Positions 1 through 10,129 are shown, counted from the first letter of the stretch. The stretch is DNA of 46,171 nt from an uncultured Chlamydiae bacterium (GCA_937899275.1 CALBPE010000095.1:1-46171); one strand, 5' to 3'. Made by a program: numbers and translations. Notes: generated by a model from the letters alone, not told the origin.

Positions 1-576
1 GTGTTGATTCCTCGCCCTGAAACAGAAATCCTTGTCGATCTCATTGTGAAGCGCTTGCAGAAGGTCTCTCTGGAAAAAGCAAGTCTTTGGGATATATGTA
101 CAGGTAGCGGCGCTATTGGTTTGGCGTTAAAAAAAACGTTTCCTTTGTTGGATGTAACTCTGAGCGACTCTTCTTCTAAAGCGCTTGCAGTCGCAAAGAA
201 AAACGGAAAAAAACATGCTCTTGATGTATCGTATCTTAAGGGCGATCTTCTACAGCCTTTTGCGGGAAAAAAGGCCCGTTTTATTGTGGCTAACCCCCCT
301 TATCTCAGTCAAAATGCGTATGCCAACTCTTCTTTAGGCTTGAAAAAAGAGCCGAAAGAAGCGCTTATTGGAGGGGAAATGGGCTGGGAGATCTACGCGC
401 AATTTGCTCAAGATCTGCCTGGTTATTTAGAGCCTCAAGGTGCGGTTTTTTTTGAAATCGGTTACGATCAAGGGGAGTCTGTTCCTGCGCTATTTCATTC
501 TCCTTGTTGGGTTAAAAAAGAAATTTTACAAGATTGGTCTGGTCAACCCCGTTTCTTTTTCCTTGAAAGAGAATGA
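1..576 (+). CDS. prmC: Release factor glutamine methyltransferase PrmC/HemK (5' partial)
   Basis: LIPRPETE, DICTGSG, NPPY and EIG motifs; upstream of ffh. Confidence 0.95.
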   Translation: MLIPRPETEILVDLIVKRLQKVSLEKASLWDICTGSGAIGLALKKTFPLLDVTLSDSSSKALAVAKKNGKKHALDVSYLKGDLLQPFAGKKARFIVANPPYLSQNAYANSSLGLKKEPKEALIGGEMGWEIYAQFAQDLPGYLEPQGAVFFEIGYDQGESVPALFHSPCWVKKEILQDWSGQPRFFFLERE

Positions 577-591
577 TTTTCTCTATATTAT
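563..591 (+). promoter_or_regulatory. Putative sigma66/70 promoter for the ffh operon
   Basis: TTGAAA-17 nt-TATTAT ending 44 nt upstream of the ffh ATG. Confidence 0.5.
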
Positions 592-635
592 ATACGTCAT
601 ATCAATAGTATTTTTTTAGCTAAAAAATCTGTATT

Positions 636-1982
636 ATGTTGCAAAATCTAACAAAAAAATTGCGAAATGCATTTGCCTGCATCGGCAAGGGAAAAACCCT
701 AACCGAAGAGAATTTAGCGGAGGCGATCCGTTCTGTGCGCCTTGCTCTTCTTGATGCAGATGTAAACTACTCCGTTGCAAGTCAATTCATTAAGAAAATT
801 AAAGAAGAAGCTGTTGGAAAAGCCTTGATCAAATCGGTAAAGCCCCAAGAGCAGTTCACTAAAATTGTCCACGATGCCTTGCAAAAACTTATGGGGGAAA
901 AAGAAAGCCCTCTTCTTTTTGAAGGGAAACCTTCAGGGATTATGCTGTGCGGTCTTCAAGGCTCTGGAAAAACGACCCATTCCATGAAGCTTGCGCATTT
1001 TTTACAGAAAAAGCAGCAAAAAAAAGTATTGGTAGCAGCTTGTGATTTACAAAGGCCTGCTGCTGTCTTGCAATTGCAAAAGCTCGGTAAAGACCACAAC
1101 ATTGCTGTGTATGCAGAAGAGGCGAACAAAAATCCGGTTCAGGTAGCAAAAAATGCCTATGACTATGCATTTCGAGAGAAATATGATGTAGTGATTTTTG
1201 ATACAGCAGGTAGACTTCATCTGGATGAAGGATTGATGCAGGAGCTTCTTGCAATTAAGCAAGCTGTTCTTCCAAAAGAAATTCTGTTTGTTGCCAGCGC
1301 AGCAACAGGCCAAGATGCGGTAAAAACAGCAGAAGCTTTTCATAACAAAGTCTCAATCACTGGCGTCATTTTAACGATGCTTGATGGAGATGCAAGAGCA
1401 GGCGCTGCACTATCTATTCTTGCTGTCACAAAGCAGCCCTTAAAATTTGAGGGTACAGGGGAAAAAATTGCAGATCTTCAGGTGTTTCATCCAAAATCGA
1501 TGGCGGATCGCATTTTAGGGATGGGCGATATTGTCAACCTTGTCCGAAAAGCAGAAGATGCTTTTAGTAAAGAGGAAGGCAAGGCAATCGAGCAAAAACT
1601 ACGCTCTGCTACATTTACCTATGCAGACTACTTGCAACAAAAGCGAAATAAGAGAAAAATAGGTACTCTTAAAAAACTAATGAAGATGATGCAGGGCGCC
1701 GACTTCTTTCCCTGCTCGAACAAGTCGCGAACGCGTTTTACAGAAATGGAAGCGATCATCCTTTCTATGACCTTAGAAGAAAGAGAAGAGAAAGTAGCTC
1801 TTTCTCGATCGAGAAAAAAGCGGATTGCAGGTGGATCTGGGACATCAGAAAAAGCTGTTGAAGAACTTGCAACAAGATTTAAAAAGATAAAACAATTTTG
1901 CAAAAAAATGCCTAAGAATATGAATAAAATGGGCAGTTTTCGCGATATACAAAAAACAATGGGAAAAATGAAATGGCGTTAA
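636..1982 (+). CDS. ffh: Signal recognition particle protein Ffh
   Basis: GLQGSGKTT, DTAGR, DGDARAG, RILGMGD and RIAGGSG motifs. Confidence 0.97.
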   Translation: MLQNLTKKLRNAFACIGKGKTLTEENLAEAIRSVRLALLDADVNYSVASQFIKKIKEEAVGKALIKSVKPQEQFTKIVHDALQKLMGEKESPLLFEGKPSGIMLCGLQGSGKTTHSMKLAHFLQKKQQKKVLVAACDLQRPAAVLQLQKLGKDHNIAVYAEEANKNPVQVAKNAYDYAFREKYDVVIFDTAGRLHLDEGLMQELLAIKQAVLPKEILFVASAATGQDAVKTAEAFHNKVSITGVILTMLDGDARAGAALSILAVTKQPLKFEGTGEKIADLQVFHPKSMADRILGMGDIVNLVRKAEDAFSKEEGKAIEQKLRSATFTYADYLQQKRNKRKIGTLKKLMKMMQGADFFPCSNKSRTRFTEMEAIILSMTLEEREEKVALSRSRKKRIAGGSGTSEKAVEELATRFKKIKQFCKKMPKNMNKMGSFRDIQKTMGKMKWR

Positions 1983-2293
1983 TCATTCGTTTAAGACAAC
2001 AAGGAAATAAAAACCGCCAAACATATCGTTTGGTTGTAATGCAAAAAACTGCACCAAGAGATGGTGCATATGTCGATCTATTGGGATGGTACAATCCTTT
2101 ACTAGAAAAAGATATGCAGTTAGATGCCGATAAAATAGAGCACTGGCTATCTAAAGGTGCAGAGATTTCAGAGAAAGCAGCAGCATTAGTAAAGCGCTTT
2201 TCTCCAGAAACACTTGCTAAAAGAGCAGCAGCCAAAAAACTTGCACTTTTAAAGGCTAGAAAAAGGCGTAAAGCAAGCAAAGTAGATGGCTAA
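1973..2293 (+). CDS. rpsP: 30S ribosomal protein S16
   Basis: IRLRQQG...YRLVV...RDG...LGWYNP; ffh-rpsP-trmD-rplS context. Confidence 0.97.
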   Translation: MALIIRLRQQGNKNRQTYRLVVMQKTAPRDGAYVDLLGWYNPLLEKDMQLDADKIEHWLSKGAEISEKAAALVKRFSPETLAKRAAAKKLALLKARKRRKASKVDG

Positions 2294-2972
2294 ACAGTTT
2301 CATGTTCTATCTCTTTTCCCCGAGTACTTTTCTAGTCCCTTTTCCGTAAGTATATTGCGGAGGGCGCAGGAAAAAAATCTCCTATCGATAGAACAAGTAA
2401 ACATCCGAGACTTTGCTATCGGAAAACATAAAAAAGTCGATGACCGCCCTTTTGGTGGCGGTCCGGGAATGGTGATGATGCCAGGTCCATGTATCGATGC
2501 GATTAGGAGCGTGAAAACGCCCCAATCAAAAACAATTTATTTATCGCCACAAGGCTCTTTGCTCAATGCAAAAAAGTGTGAAGAGCTTGCAAAAGAAGAC
2601 CATTTGATCTTCGTTGCAGGCCATTATGAAGGGATCGATCAACGAGTCATCGACGAAGAGGTCGATGAAGAGATTAGCATTGGGAATTATGTACTACCCA
2701 GCGGATGCGCTCCAACCGTTGTTTTGATCGAAGCTATTGCCCGTTTTATTCCAGGAGTATTGGGTAATGAAGATGGACCTTATGAAGATTCTTTTGCAGG
2801 CGAAACCGCTTTTGAAGGGCCCCAATATACAAGGCCTCAAGAGTATGAAGGATTGCAGGTGCCCGAAGTATTGTTAAGCGGGCATCAGAAAAATATTCAA
2901 CAATGGAGAAAAGAGCAGGGAGCTGTAAAACTACGTAAGATGCGCCCAGATCTTTGGAAAATCAAGGAGTAA
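2286..2972 (+). CDS. trmD: tRNA (guanine-N1)-methyltransferase TrmD
   Basis: VDDRPFGGGPGM, YLSPQG, GHYEGID and PQYTRP motifs. Confidence 0.97.
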   Translation: MAKQFHVLSLFPEYFSSPFSVSILRRAQEKNLLSIEQVNIRDFAIGKHKKVDDRPFGGGPGMVMMPGPCIDAIRSVKTPQSKTIYLSPQGSLLNAKKCEELAKEDHLIFVAGHYEGIDQRVIDEEVDEEISIGNYVLPSGCAPTVVLIEAIARFIPGVLGNEDGPYEDSFAGETAFEGPQYTRPQEYEGLQVPEVLLSGHQKNIQQWRKEQGAVKLRKMRPDLWKIKE

Positions 2973-2976
2973 TGCA

Positions 2977-3387
2977 GTGAGCATAATTGAGGAACTAGAA
3001 AAACCCCATATGAAAACCGATCTTCCTACATTTCAAGTAGGTGATACAGTAAAGGTATCTGTAAGAATCATCGAAGGAAACAAAGAAAGAATTCAGGTGT
3101 TTGAAGGGCTTGTGATTGCAAAAAGAGGTAGGGGATTATCTGAATCTTTCTCCGTATATCGACAAGCTTATGGATGTACCATGGAGCGTTTGTTTCCTTT
3201 ACACAGCCCTAGGATTCAGAAAATTGAAGTAATCCGAGCGGGTAAAACCAAGCGCGCTAAGCTGTACAATATTCGTGGTGAAAAAGGGAAAAGAGCAAAA
3301 GTTCGCGCCCGTTTTAACTCTCCTGCGAAAGCAGCAGCGGTGCAAGAGCAGAAAGAAGCTCCTAAAGAAGATTCGTCTGCTTCATAA
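2977..3387 (+). CDS. rplS: 50S ribosomal protein L19
   Basis: FQVGDTVKV, ERIQVFEG, ERLFPLHSP; AAGGAG SD before GTG. Confidence 0.97.
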   Translation: MSIIEELEKPHMKTDLPTFQVGDTVKVSVRIIEGNKERIQVFEGLVIAKRGRGLSESFSVYRQAYGCTMERLFPLHSPRIQKIEVIRAGKTKRAKLYNIRGEKGKRAKVRARFNSPAKAAAVQEQKEAPKEDSSAS

Positions 3388-3392
3388 ATCTT

Positions 3393-4007
3393 GTGTCATT
3401 ATACGCTTTAGATGAAGAATTTCGCCGGCAAGGTTTTTCCCTTGTTGGCGGAGTAGATGAAGTAGGAAGGGGCCCTTTTGCAGGGCCTTTAGTTGCCTGC
3501 GTTTGTACATTTCCATCTGAATGTACCTTTGATGAACTCAACGACTCCAAAAAATTAAATAAAACACAAAGGCAGCGTATCTACAACGCTTTGGTTCGTG
3601 ATCCTCGGGTATCTTTTTCTCTTGGTTTGGCAGATGTAGCCACCATTGATCGTTTAGGAGTGCATAAAGCGGCGTTTTTTGCGATGGAAGACGCCTACCT
3701 AAAAATGAAAAAAAAGCCTGACTGCTTACTAGTAGATGGGCCTCATCCGGTTGGACCAAAAATCACAGCTTTTCAAAAGCCGATTGTTCAAGGAGACAGC
3801 AAAAGCGCGGTCATTGCAGCAGCTTCAATTATCGCAAAAGTTCGGCGGGACTGGATCATGAGCCGCATGCACCTACTTTATCCTGAATACGGCTTTGATA
3901 CAAACCAGGGATACGGCACAAAAGACCACAAGGAAGCGCTAGAAAAGTATGGCCCTACCTTGATTCATAGGACATCATTTAAGCCGGTACAACTTGCTAT
4001 GAAGTAG
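3393..4007 (+). CDS. rnhB: Ribonuclease HII
   Basis: GVDEVGRGP, DSKKL, LVDG, IAAASIIAK and HRTSF motifs. Confidence 0.96.
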   Translation: MSLYALDEEFRRQGFSLVGGVDEVGRGPFAGPLVACVCTFPSECTFDELNDSKKLNKTQRQRIYNALVRDPRVSFSLGLADVATIDRLGVHKAAFFAMEDAYLKMKKKPDCLLVDGPHPVGPKITAFQKPIVQGDSKSAVIAAASIIAKVRRDWIMSRMHLLYPEYGFDTNQGYGTKDHKEALEKYGPTLIHRTSFKPVQLAMK

Positions 4008-4146
4008 GCATTTTTTTAGCAAGAGTACTTCGGATAATCTCTTGAAGATTGCGGGGTGGTTTTTGGTAAGAATGATTCCTTTCAATACCCATTGCCCAGC
4101 CTTTTTTTACTTCTTTTGCAAAAAATATCCATTTTTGTTTTTTCAT
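3997..4146 (-). CDS. Small basic hypothetical protein, 49 aa (MKKQKWIFFAKEVKKGWAMGIERNHSYQKPPRNLQEIIRSTLAKKMPTS)
   Basis: Manually translated; GGAGG SD 7 nt before ATG; AT-rich upstream region; fills the rnhB-yicC gap. Confidence 0.5.
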   Translation of the reverse strand: MKKQKWIFFAKEVKKGWAMGIERNHSYQKPPRNLQEIIRSTLAKKMPTS

Positions 4147-4273
4147 AAAAACACCTCCAGAAAATGATGTATTTATATATTTATATCTTCTTTTTTACAT
4201 TAACAATTTTTTGTTTTATTTTTTAATATATTTTTGCAAAATTATGTATAGTTGATAAAACAAAAGGTTTTTT

Positions 4274-5146
4274 ATGGAAAGTATGACAGGTTTTGGTGCA
4301 GCGGAAAAAAAGACACCTGCAGGACTTTTGCTACTCGAGCTGCAGTCGGTTAATCGCAAGCACTTAGATGTGTCTGTGATCTTACCAAAGGAGCTGAGCT
4401 TTTTTGAAATGCCGCTTCTACAAACATTGAAGCGCTCTTTTTGTAGAGGGCAAATTACAGCCCGTTTGTATTTTGCAGTAACCGAAGAAAAAGTATCTAC
4501 ATCTTGGAGCATACCTTTACTTTTAGAGATGCAAAAAGCCTGGCAAAAAACGGCAAAAGCCCTAGGCTATGCAGAAAAAGATGTGTCTTTAAGTTTTTTA
4601 GTAAAGCAGCTAGAAGAGTCGTCTATCCAAGTATCTTACCGGGGAAAGTTGTGGGAAAATATTGTAGAAGAGCTGACAAAAAAAGCGGTCATTGCCCTGA
4701 ATAAAACCAGAAAGCAGGAAGGAAAAGAACTAGAGAAAGATCTTAAAAGTAGATTACAGCTTATTGAAAAACATCTCAAAGCGCTGGATGTAATTTCTCC
4801 ATCGATACAAAAAGAGATGGAACAAAAGATGCAAGAACGGTGTCAAAACTTTACTTATTTACCCGATCATCAGGAAAAAATTGCAAGAGAAGTTGCGATC
4901 TATCTCGATAAAATGGATGTAGCAGAAGAGATCACCCGCTTGAAGCACCATTTGACAGAAATGCGCGCTTTAATTGAAATGGATAAGAGTTTGACTGGTA
5001 AAGAGGGGACTTTTATCGCGCAAGAGATGCTTCGTGAAATGCGGACAATTCTTTCAAAATCTTCTTATCTTCCCGTGATTCAAAAGGTGCTTGCTATGCA
5101 AATAGAAATTGAGAGAATTAAAGAGCAGATGCAAAATGTGCAGTAA
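4274..5146 (+). CDS. YicC/YloC family endoribonuclease
   Basis: SMTGFG, SVNRKHLD, EEITRLKHH, QEMLRE and IKEQMQNVQ; precedes gmk. Confidence 0.93.
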   Translation: MESMTGFGAAEKKTPAGLLLLELQSVNRKHLDVSVILPKELSFFEMPLLQTLKRSFCRGQITARLYFAVTEEKVSTSWSIPLLLEMQKAWQKTAKALGYAEKDVSLSFLVKQLEESSIQVSYRGKLWENIVEELTKKAVIALNKTRKQEGKELEKDLKSRLQLIEKHLKALDVISPSIQKEMEQKMQERCQNFTYLPDHQEKIAREVAIYLDKMDVAEEITRLKHHLTEMRALIEMDKSLTGKEGTFIAQEMLREMRTILSKSSYLPVIQKVLAMQIEIERIKEQMQNVQ

Positions 5147-5711
5147 AAAAAGAACAGGGCTTTCCTTTATTTTGAGCGCGCCTGCAGGTACAGGTAAAAC
5201 TACGCTTGTTGATCGCTTAGTAGAAGAATTTCCCCATATAGTAAAAAATATTTCCTACACTACTAGAAGAAAGCGCGATGGAGAAGTAGACGGTAAAGAT
5301 TATCTATTTCTTACCAAAGAAGATTTTTTAAAAAAAGAAGACGATTTTTTAGAAGTAGTCGAGCTTTTTGGAAATAAATATGCGACAAGTAAATCTTTAG
5401 TCCAAAATAACCAAGCAAACTCGCTACACACAGTCTTTGTCATCGATGTAGAAGGAGCTTTGCAGCTGAAGAAACAGATTCCGTGTATTTCCATTTTTGT
5501 ATCGCCTCCTTCTCTTAACGCTCTTACATCCCGATTAAAAAAAAGAAGTAGTGAAAATCCAGAAGAAATGGCTGTGAGGATCAAACGTGCAAAAAAAGAG
5601 CTTGAGATGGTAAAATATTACGATTATCATATTGTTAACGATGTGCTTTCTACAGCTTACGAAGCATTAAAAAGTATTGTAATAGCAGAAGAGCACCGAG
5701 TCACCGATTAA
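5136..5711 (+). CDS. gmk: Guanylate kinase
   Basis: SAPAGTGKTT, SYTTR, GEVDGKDYLF; ATG 5136 preferred over TTG 5109. Confidence 0.95.
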   Translation: MCSKKRTGLSFILSAPAGTGKTTLVDRLVEEFPHIVKNISYTTRRKRDGEVDGKDYLFLTKEDFLKKEDDFLEVVELFGNKYATSKSLVQNNQANSLHTVFVIDVEGALQLKKQIPCISIFVSPPSLNALTSRLKKRSSENPEEMAVRIKRAKKELEMVKYYDYHIVNDVLSTAYEALKSIVIAEEHRVTD

Positions 5712-5726
5712 GCAGTAAGGAATACC

Positions 5727-5927
5727 ATGGCGAAAAACCCACTGACCAATGAAAGAATTAAAAAAATGTTTAAGGGAAATTTTCTCTTAACAAATTATGC
5801 AATTCATATCGGTAGAGATACCATCTTATCTGGCAACTTTTCTAATCTTGACGCTTTGTTAGAAGATATTAGAAAAAAAGCCCAAGCAACCAATGAAGAA
5901 GATAAAGGGGATTTAGGCATACTATAA
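5727..5927 (+). CDS. rpoZ: Probable RNA polymerase omega subunit (chlamydial type)
   Basis: 66-aa ORF with AAGGA SD directly after gmk; LTNE..KKMF..NFLLTNYAI pattern; known gmk-rpoZ synteny. Confidence 0.65.
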   Translation: MAKNPLTNERIKKMFKGNFLLTNYAIHIGRDTILSGNFSNLDALLEDIRKKAQATNEEDKGDLGIL

Positions 5928-5928
5928 T

Positions 5929-7941
5929 ATGGACCGTAAACTCATTACCTCGGCCCTTTTATACGCTAATGGCCAGGTTCATTTAGGTCATATTGCAGGA
6001 GCTTATCTCCCAGCTGATATCTACGCCCGATTTGAGCGTCTGATTGGAAATCAGGTGCTTTTTCTTTCTGGTTCAGATGAATATGGCCTGCCTATTACTC
6101 TATCTGCTGAAAAAGCAGGAAAATCTCCTCAAGAGCATGTAGATCATTTTCATGAGGTAAACAGCAGATTATTTTCCCGTTTATCCTTCTCCTTTGACTA
6201 TTTTGGTAGAACGACTTCTTCTTTGCATAAAGATCGCGTATTAGAATTTTTCCATGATCTACAGAAAAATGGCTATATCGAATCAAAAGAAGAAGATCAT
6301 CTTTATTCAGAAAGTGAGGGGAAATTTCTTGCAGATCGCTACGTAGAAGGAACGTGTCCTAAATGTGGGTTTAATCCAGCAAGAGGTGATGAATGCCCAT
6401 CTTGCGGAGCAAATTATGAATCAATCGATTTACTTAAACCCCGATCTAAACTGACAGGCTCTCCTTTAATTCGGAAGAAAAGCCGCCATTACTACCTTCG
6501 GTTCGATGCATTTAAAGATCGATTAACCGATTGGGTAAAAACAAAAAACTGGAAAGAAAATGTATATAAATTTTCTTTAAAGTACATCGAAGATCTTCGC
6601 CCAAGAGCTATCACAAGAGACTCCAACTGGGGTATTCCGATTGCTTTAGATACCGGTGAGAAAAAAGTTTTTTATGTCTGGTTTGATGCGCCGATTGGCT
6701 ATATATCCATTGCCCAAGAATGGGCAAGAAAACAGAAAAAGCCCGATGCTTGGAAAGAGTTTTGGTGCGATTGTAAAACGGAGCTAATCCAATTTATCGG
6801 TAAGGATAATATCCCTTTTCACTCGGTATTTTTTCCCGCTATGTTGATGGGGCAAGATCAACCTTACCACCTAGTAGATGAACTACCTGCAAATGAGTTT
6901 TTACGATTAGAGGGAAAAAAGTTTTCTAAATCCGATGGCAACTACATCGATCTTTCTCAAATGCTATCAGATTATCAACCAGATCAGATCCGATACTATT
7001 TAGCCGCCAATGCTCCTGAAACATCTGACGCCGATTTTACCTGGAAAGATTTTCAAGCAACTTGTAATGCCGACCTTGTAGGCAAACTAGGCAACTTTAT
7101 CCACCGGGTATTGGTGTTTACCCTCCAACATGGGGGAGGGGATATTCCTAAAGAGGCAAAAGATCCTGTACAAGAAGATACTACCTTTAAAGAGCAGCTA
7201 GAAAACGTAACTTCTCAGCTGAAAAAAAGCTATAAGGGTTTTCATGTAAGAGAAGCATCTTCTCATCTAATGAAAATGGCCTCGTTAGGAAATAGCTATT
7301 TCAACGAAAAAGCGCCTTGGAAAAAAGTAAAACAAGGTCTAATAGAAGATGTGCAAACTACCTTGTTTTTTTGTTTTTTATGTATCCAAAGGCTGGCTTT
7401 ATACATGAGTCCTATTTTGCCTACTACAGCAGAGGCGATTTGGCGCTCTTTAGGCTATAAAACACCTTTAGAAAAAGAGCGTTTAGATGCTCTACCCGAG
7501 CTTCCAACAGGAGCTCTTCCACCTTCTCCCAAGGTATTATTCCAAAAAATTGAAGACCATATAATTGAAAAGGAGCAAGCTATGTTAGAAAAACCTGTAC
7601 CTACCGTTTCTCCTATCAAAGAAGAAATCGATTTTTCTGATTTTACTGCACTCGACCTAAGGGTTGCAAAAGTACTTTCTGCAGAAAAAGTAGCAAAAAG
7701 TAAAAAGTTATTAGCGCTTGAAGTAGATATTGGTATCGGCGTAAGAAAAGTTGTGTCAGGTATTGCTCTGCACGTAACACCTGAAGAGATCATCGGTAAA
7801 AAAGTGCTATTTGTAGCTAACCTAAAACCAGCAAAAATCATGGGTATTCAAAGTGAGGGAATGATTTTAGCTGCAGGAGATGGCAAGGATTTAGAAATCC
7901 CTAAAATTGTAGATCTTCCAGCTGGAGCTATTGTCAGTTAA
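5929..7941 (+). CDS. metG: Methionine--tRNA ligase with C-terminal tRNA-binding domain
   Basis: YANGQVHLGH, Zn-knuckle CPKC/CPSC, YVWFDA, KFSKS; C-terminal LDLRVA...NLKPAKIMG.QSEGM. Confidence 0.97.
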   Translation: MDRKLITSALLYANGQVHLGHIAGAYLPADIYARFERLIGNQVLFLSGSDEYGLPITLSAEKAGKSPQEHVDHFHEVNSRLFSRLSFSFDYFGRTTSSLHKDRVLEFFHDLQKNGYIESKEEDHLYSESEGKFLADRYVEGTCPKCGFNPARGDECPSCGANYESIDLLKPRSKLTGSPLIRKKSRHYYLRFDAFKDRLTDWVKTKNWKENVYKFSLKYIEDLRPRAITRDSNWGIPIALDTGEKKVFYVWFDAPIGYISIAQEWARKQKKPDAWKEFWCDCKTELIQFIGKDNIPFHSVFFPAMLMGQDQPYHLVDELPANEFLRLEGKKFSKSDGNYIDLSQMLSDYQPDQIRYYLAANAPETSDADFTWKDFQATCNADLVGKLGNFIHRVLVFTLQHGGGDIPKEAKDPVQEDTTFKEQLENVTSQLKKSYKGFHVREASSHLMKMASLGNSYFNEKAPWKKVKQGLIEDVQTTLFFCFLCIQRLALYMSPILPTTAEAIWRSLGYKTPLEKERLDALPELPTGALPPSPKVLFQKIEDHIIEKEQAMLEKPVPTVSPIKEEIDFSDFTALDLRVAKVLSAEKVAKSKKLLALEVDIGIGVRKVVSGIALHVTPEEIIGKKVLFVANLKPAKIMGIQSEGMILAAGDGKDLEIPKIVDLPAGAIVS

Positions 7942-10129
7942 ATAAATCCAAATAGATAGGCTCTGCGATTTTCTCTTCAGAAAGAGCCTTTTTTAGCCCT
8001 GTTTTTCTACGAAATACCTGGTCGTTATGAATCGCAATGGCAACCGCTTTTTTTGTTCCTAAAAGAACAACAAATCTTTTACCTCTAGTGACCGCTGTGT
8101 AAAGTAAGTTACGGCAAAGTAGAGGGTAGTGAGAAGAGTGCATAGGTACAATCACACAAGGAAACTCACTTCCCTGCGATTTATGAATAGAAATTGCATA
8201 AGCTAGTTGCAGCTCATCGAGTTCAGAAAAATCATATTCAATTGTTTTGTTTTGATCAAAAGCGACCAGGACCTGCTTGGAGACAAGGTTGATTTCTATG
8301 ATTTCACCTAGCTCGCCGTTAAATACTTTTTTCTGGTAATTGTTTTTGATTTGCATCACCTTATCACCTGGATGAAGCACTCTTGAGCCATGATAAAAAG
8401 GTTTGCTGCAAGGGTTGAGGACTTTTTGTAGACGTTCATTTAAAGCCGCCGTTCCGATGGCTCCTTTTTTCATAGGGGATAGCACTTGAATGTCCCAAAT
8501 AGGATGAAAACGCTTTTTTTCTGGAATCGTTTTGGTGATTAAAGACTCGATGGTTGTTGCAATTTTTTCAGGATCTTCTTCGATATAGAAATGAAAATCG
8601 CTCCAATCGTAATGACCTACATCTGGAAAATCACCTTGATTGATTTTATGAGCATTGATGATGATTTTTGATCCTGCGGCTTGTCGGAAAATTTTTTGCA
8701 ATTTTGTGCTGGTGATTTCATGAGAATCGATGAGGTCTTTTAATACATTGCCAGGCCCTACCGATGGCAGCTGATCTACATCTCCAATTAAAAGAAGTCT
8801 TGCATGGTCTGGCACGGCCAAAAGAAGCATGTGCATCAGTTCGGTATCCACCATACTGGCTTCATCTACAATAATTAAATCAGCAGACAAGGGGTTTTGT
8901 TTATTGCGCTTAAATCCTCCAGAGATGAAATCAATTTCTAGTATACTATGCAGGGTAAATGCTTTTTTTTTGGTGATTTGCGTCAGTCTTTTGGCCGCTC
9001 TTCCTGTAGGAGCGGCAAGTAAAATCTGTCCTGTGATTTTTGATAAAATCGTTAAAATCGCTTTTGTGATGGTGCTTTTTCCCGTACCAGGTCCTCCCGT
9101 TACGATATGTACGTTTTCTTCTAAACAGGCTTTTACTGCGATTTTTTGTTCATCAGCAAGCGTCATAGCAAGTTCTTCTTGAACCCACACAAGCGCTTTT
9201 TCTACATCGATCGATCGCATGCGAAGAGGAGCGTTTTGAATCCTTTTGATTTCTCTTGCAATAGATATTTCCGCTTGATAAAGAGCTTTTACCCATACGG
9301 ATACTTCTTCAGAATCGCTTTCTTTTTGCATCACAAGAAAGCCTTGTTTTTCTGCCATTTCTAAAGGAGCTTGTAAAGCGGCTATATCTACTTCTAATAT
9401 GCTACTTGCTTCTTCTAAAAGAGCGCTTTTTAACGCGCATGTATGTCCCTTAGAGCTAAGTTCCCAAAGGGTATAGCTAAGTCCTGCGATTAGACGGTCT
9501 TGAGAATCTTTTGCAAACCCGACGTTAAGAGCAATCGCATCGGCCATTTTAAACCCGATGCCAAAGATATCTTTGGCTAAGTCATACGGTTTTTCCTGTA
9601 CTTTTTCGATGCTGCGTTCTTTATAAACGCGGTAAATTTTTTGCGCATAAGCAGGGCTAATATGGTGGCCTTGCAGAAAAATCATCACATCGCGAATCGC
9701 TCTTTGTTCTTGCCAAGAAGCGATAATCTGTTGCAGCCTTTTTTCGCCTAATCCAGGAATTTGACAGAGTTTTTGGGGAAAGTTTTCAATGATATCTAAG
9801 GTATTTTCTCCAAACTTTTCCACAATTTTTTTTGCGTATACAGGACCTATTCCCTGAATCATCCCCGACTCTAAGTACTTCTGTATGCCAACAATACTAG
9901 ACGGCGGCGTAATAGAGAGCTTTGTTACATGAAACTGCTTGCCATGATGAGAATGGTTTTGCCAGCTACCTTTTACTGTGACGCACTCACCAACTTTTAC
10001 ATTGGATAAATGCCCTAAAATCGTGACCAAAGAAGAGGGGTTTTCTCTTTGTAGCCTTGCGATCGCGTAGCTTTGATCAGGGGCTTGGAAAAGGATTGAG
10101 GCAATCTGCCCTTTAAGAGATTCTTCCAT
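7934..10129 (-). CDS. recD2: ATP-dependent RecD-like DNA helicase RecD2
   Basis: GGPGTGKST, DEASM, GDVDQLPSVGPG, IHKSQGSEF, YTAVTRG; N-terminal HhH. Confidence 0.95.
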   Translation of the reverse strand: MEESLKGQIASILFQAPDQSYAIARLQRENPSSLVTILGHLSNVKVGECVTVKGSWQNHSHHGKQFHVTKLSITPPSSIVGIQKYLESGMIQGIGPVYAKKIVEKFGENTLDIIENFPQKLCQIPGLGEKRLQQIIASWQEQRAIRDVMIFLQGHHISPAYAQKIYRVYKERSIEKVQEKPYDLAKDIFGIGFKMADAIALNVGFAKDSQDRLIAGLSYTLWELSSKGHTCALKSALLEEASSILEVDIAALQAPLEMAEKQGFLVMQKESDSEEVSVWVKALYQAEISIAREIKRIQNAPLRMRSIDVEKALVWVQEELAMTLADEQKIAVKACLEENVHIVTGGPGTGKSTITKAILTILSKITGQILLAAPTGRAAKRLTQITKKKAFTLHSILEIDFISGGFKRNKQNPLSADLIIVDEASMVDTELMHMLLLAVPDHARLLLIGDVDQLPSVGPGNVLKDLIDSHEITSTKLQKIFRQAAGSKIIINAHKINQGDFPDVGHYDWSDFHFYIEEDPEKIATTIESLITKTIPEKKRFHPIWDIQVLSPMKKGAIGTAALNERLQKVLNPCSKPFYHGSRVLHPGDKVMQIKNNYQKKVFNGELGEIIEINLVSKQVLVAFDQNKTIEYDFSELDELQLAYAISIHKSQGSEFPCVIVPMHSSHYPLLCRNLLYTAVTRGKRFVVLLGTKKAVAIAIHNDQVFRRKTGLKKALSEEKIAEPIYLDLFN

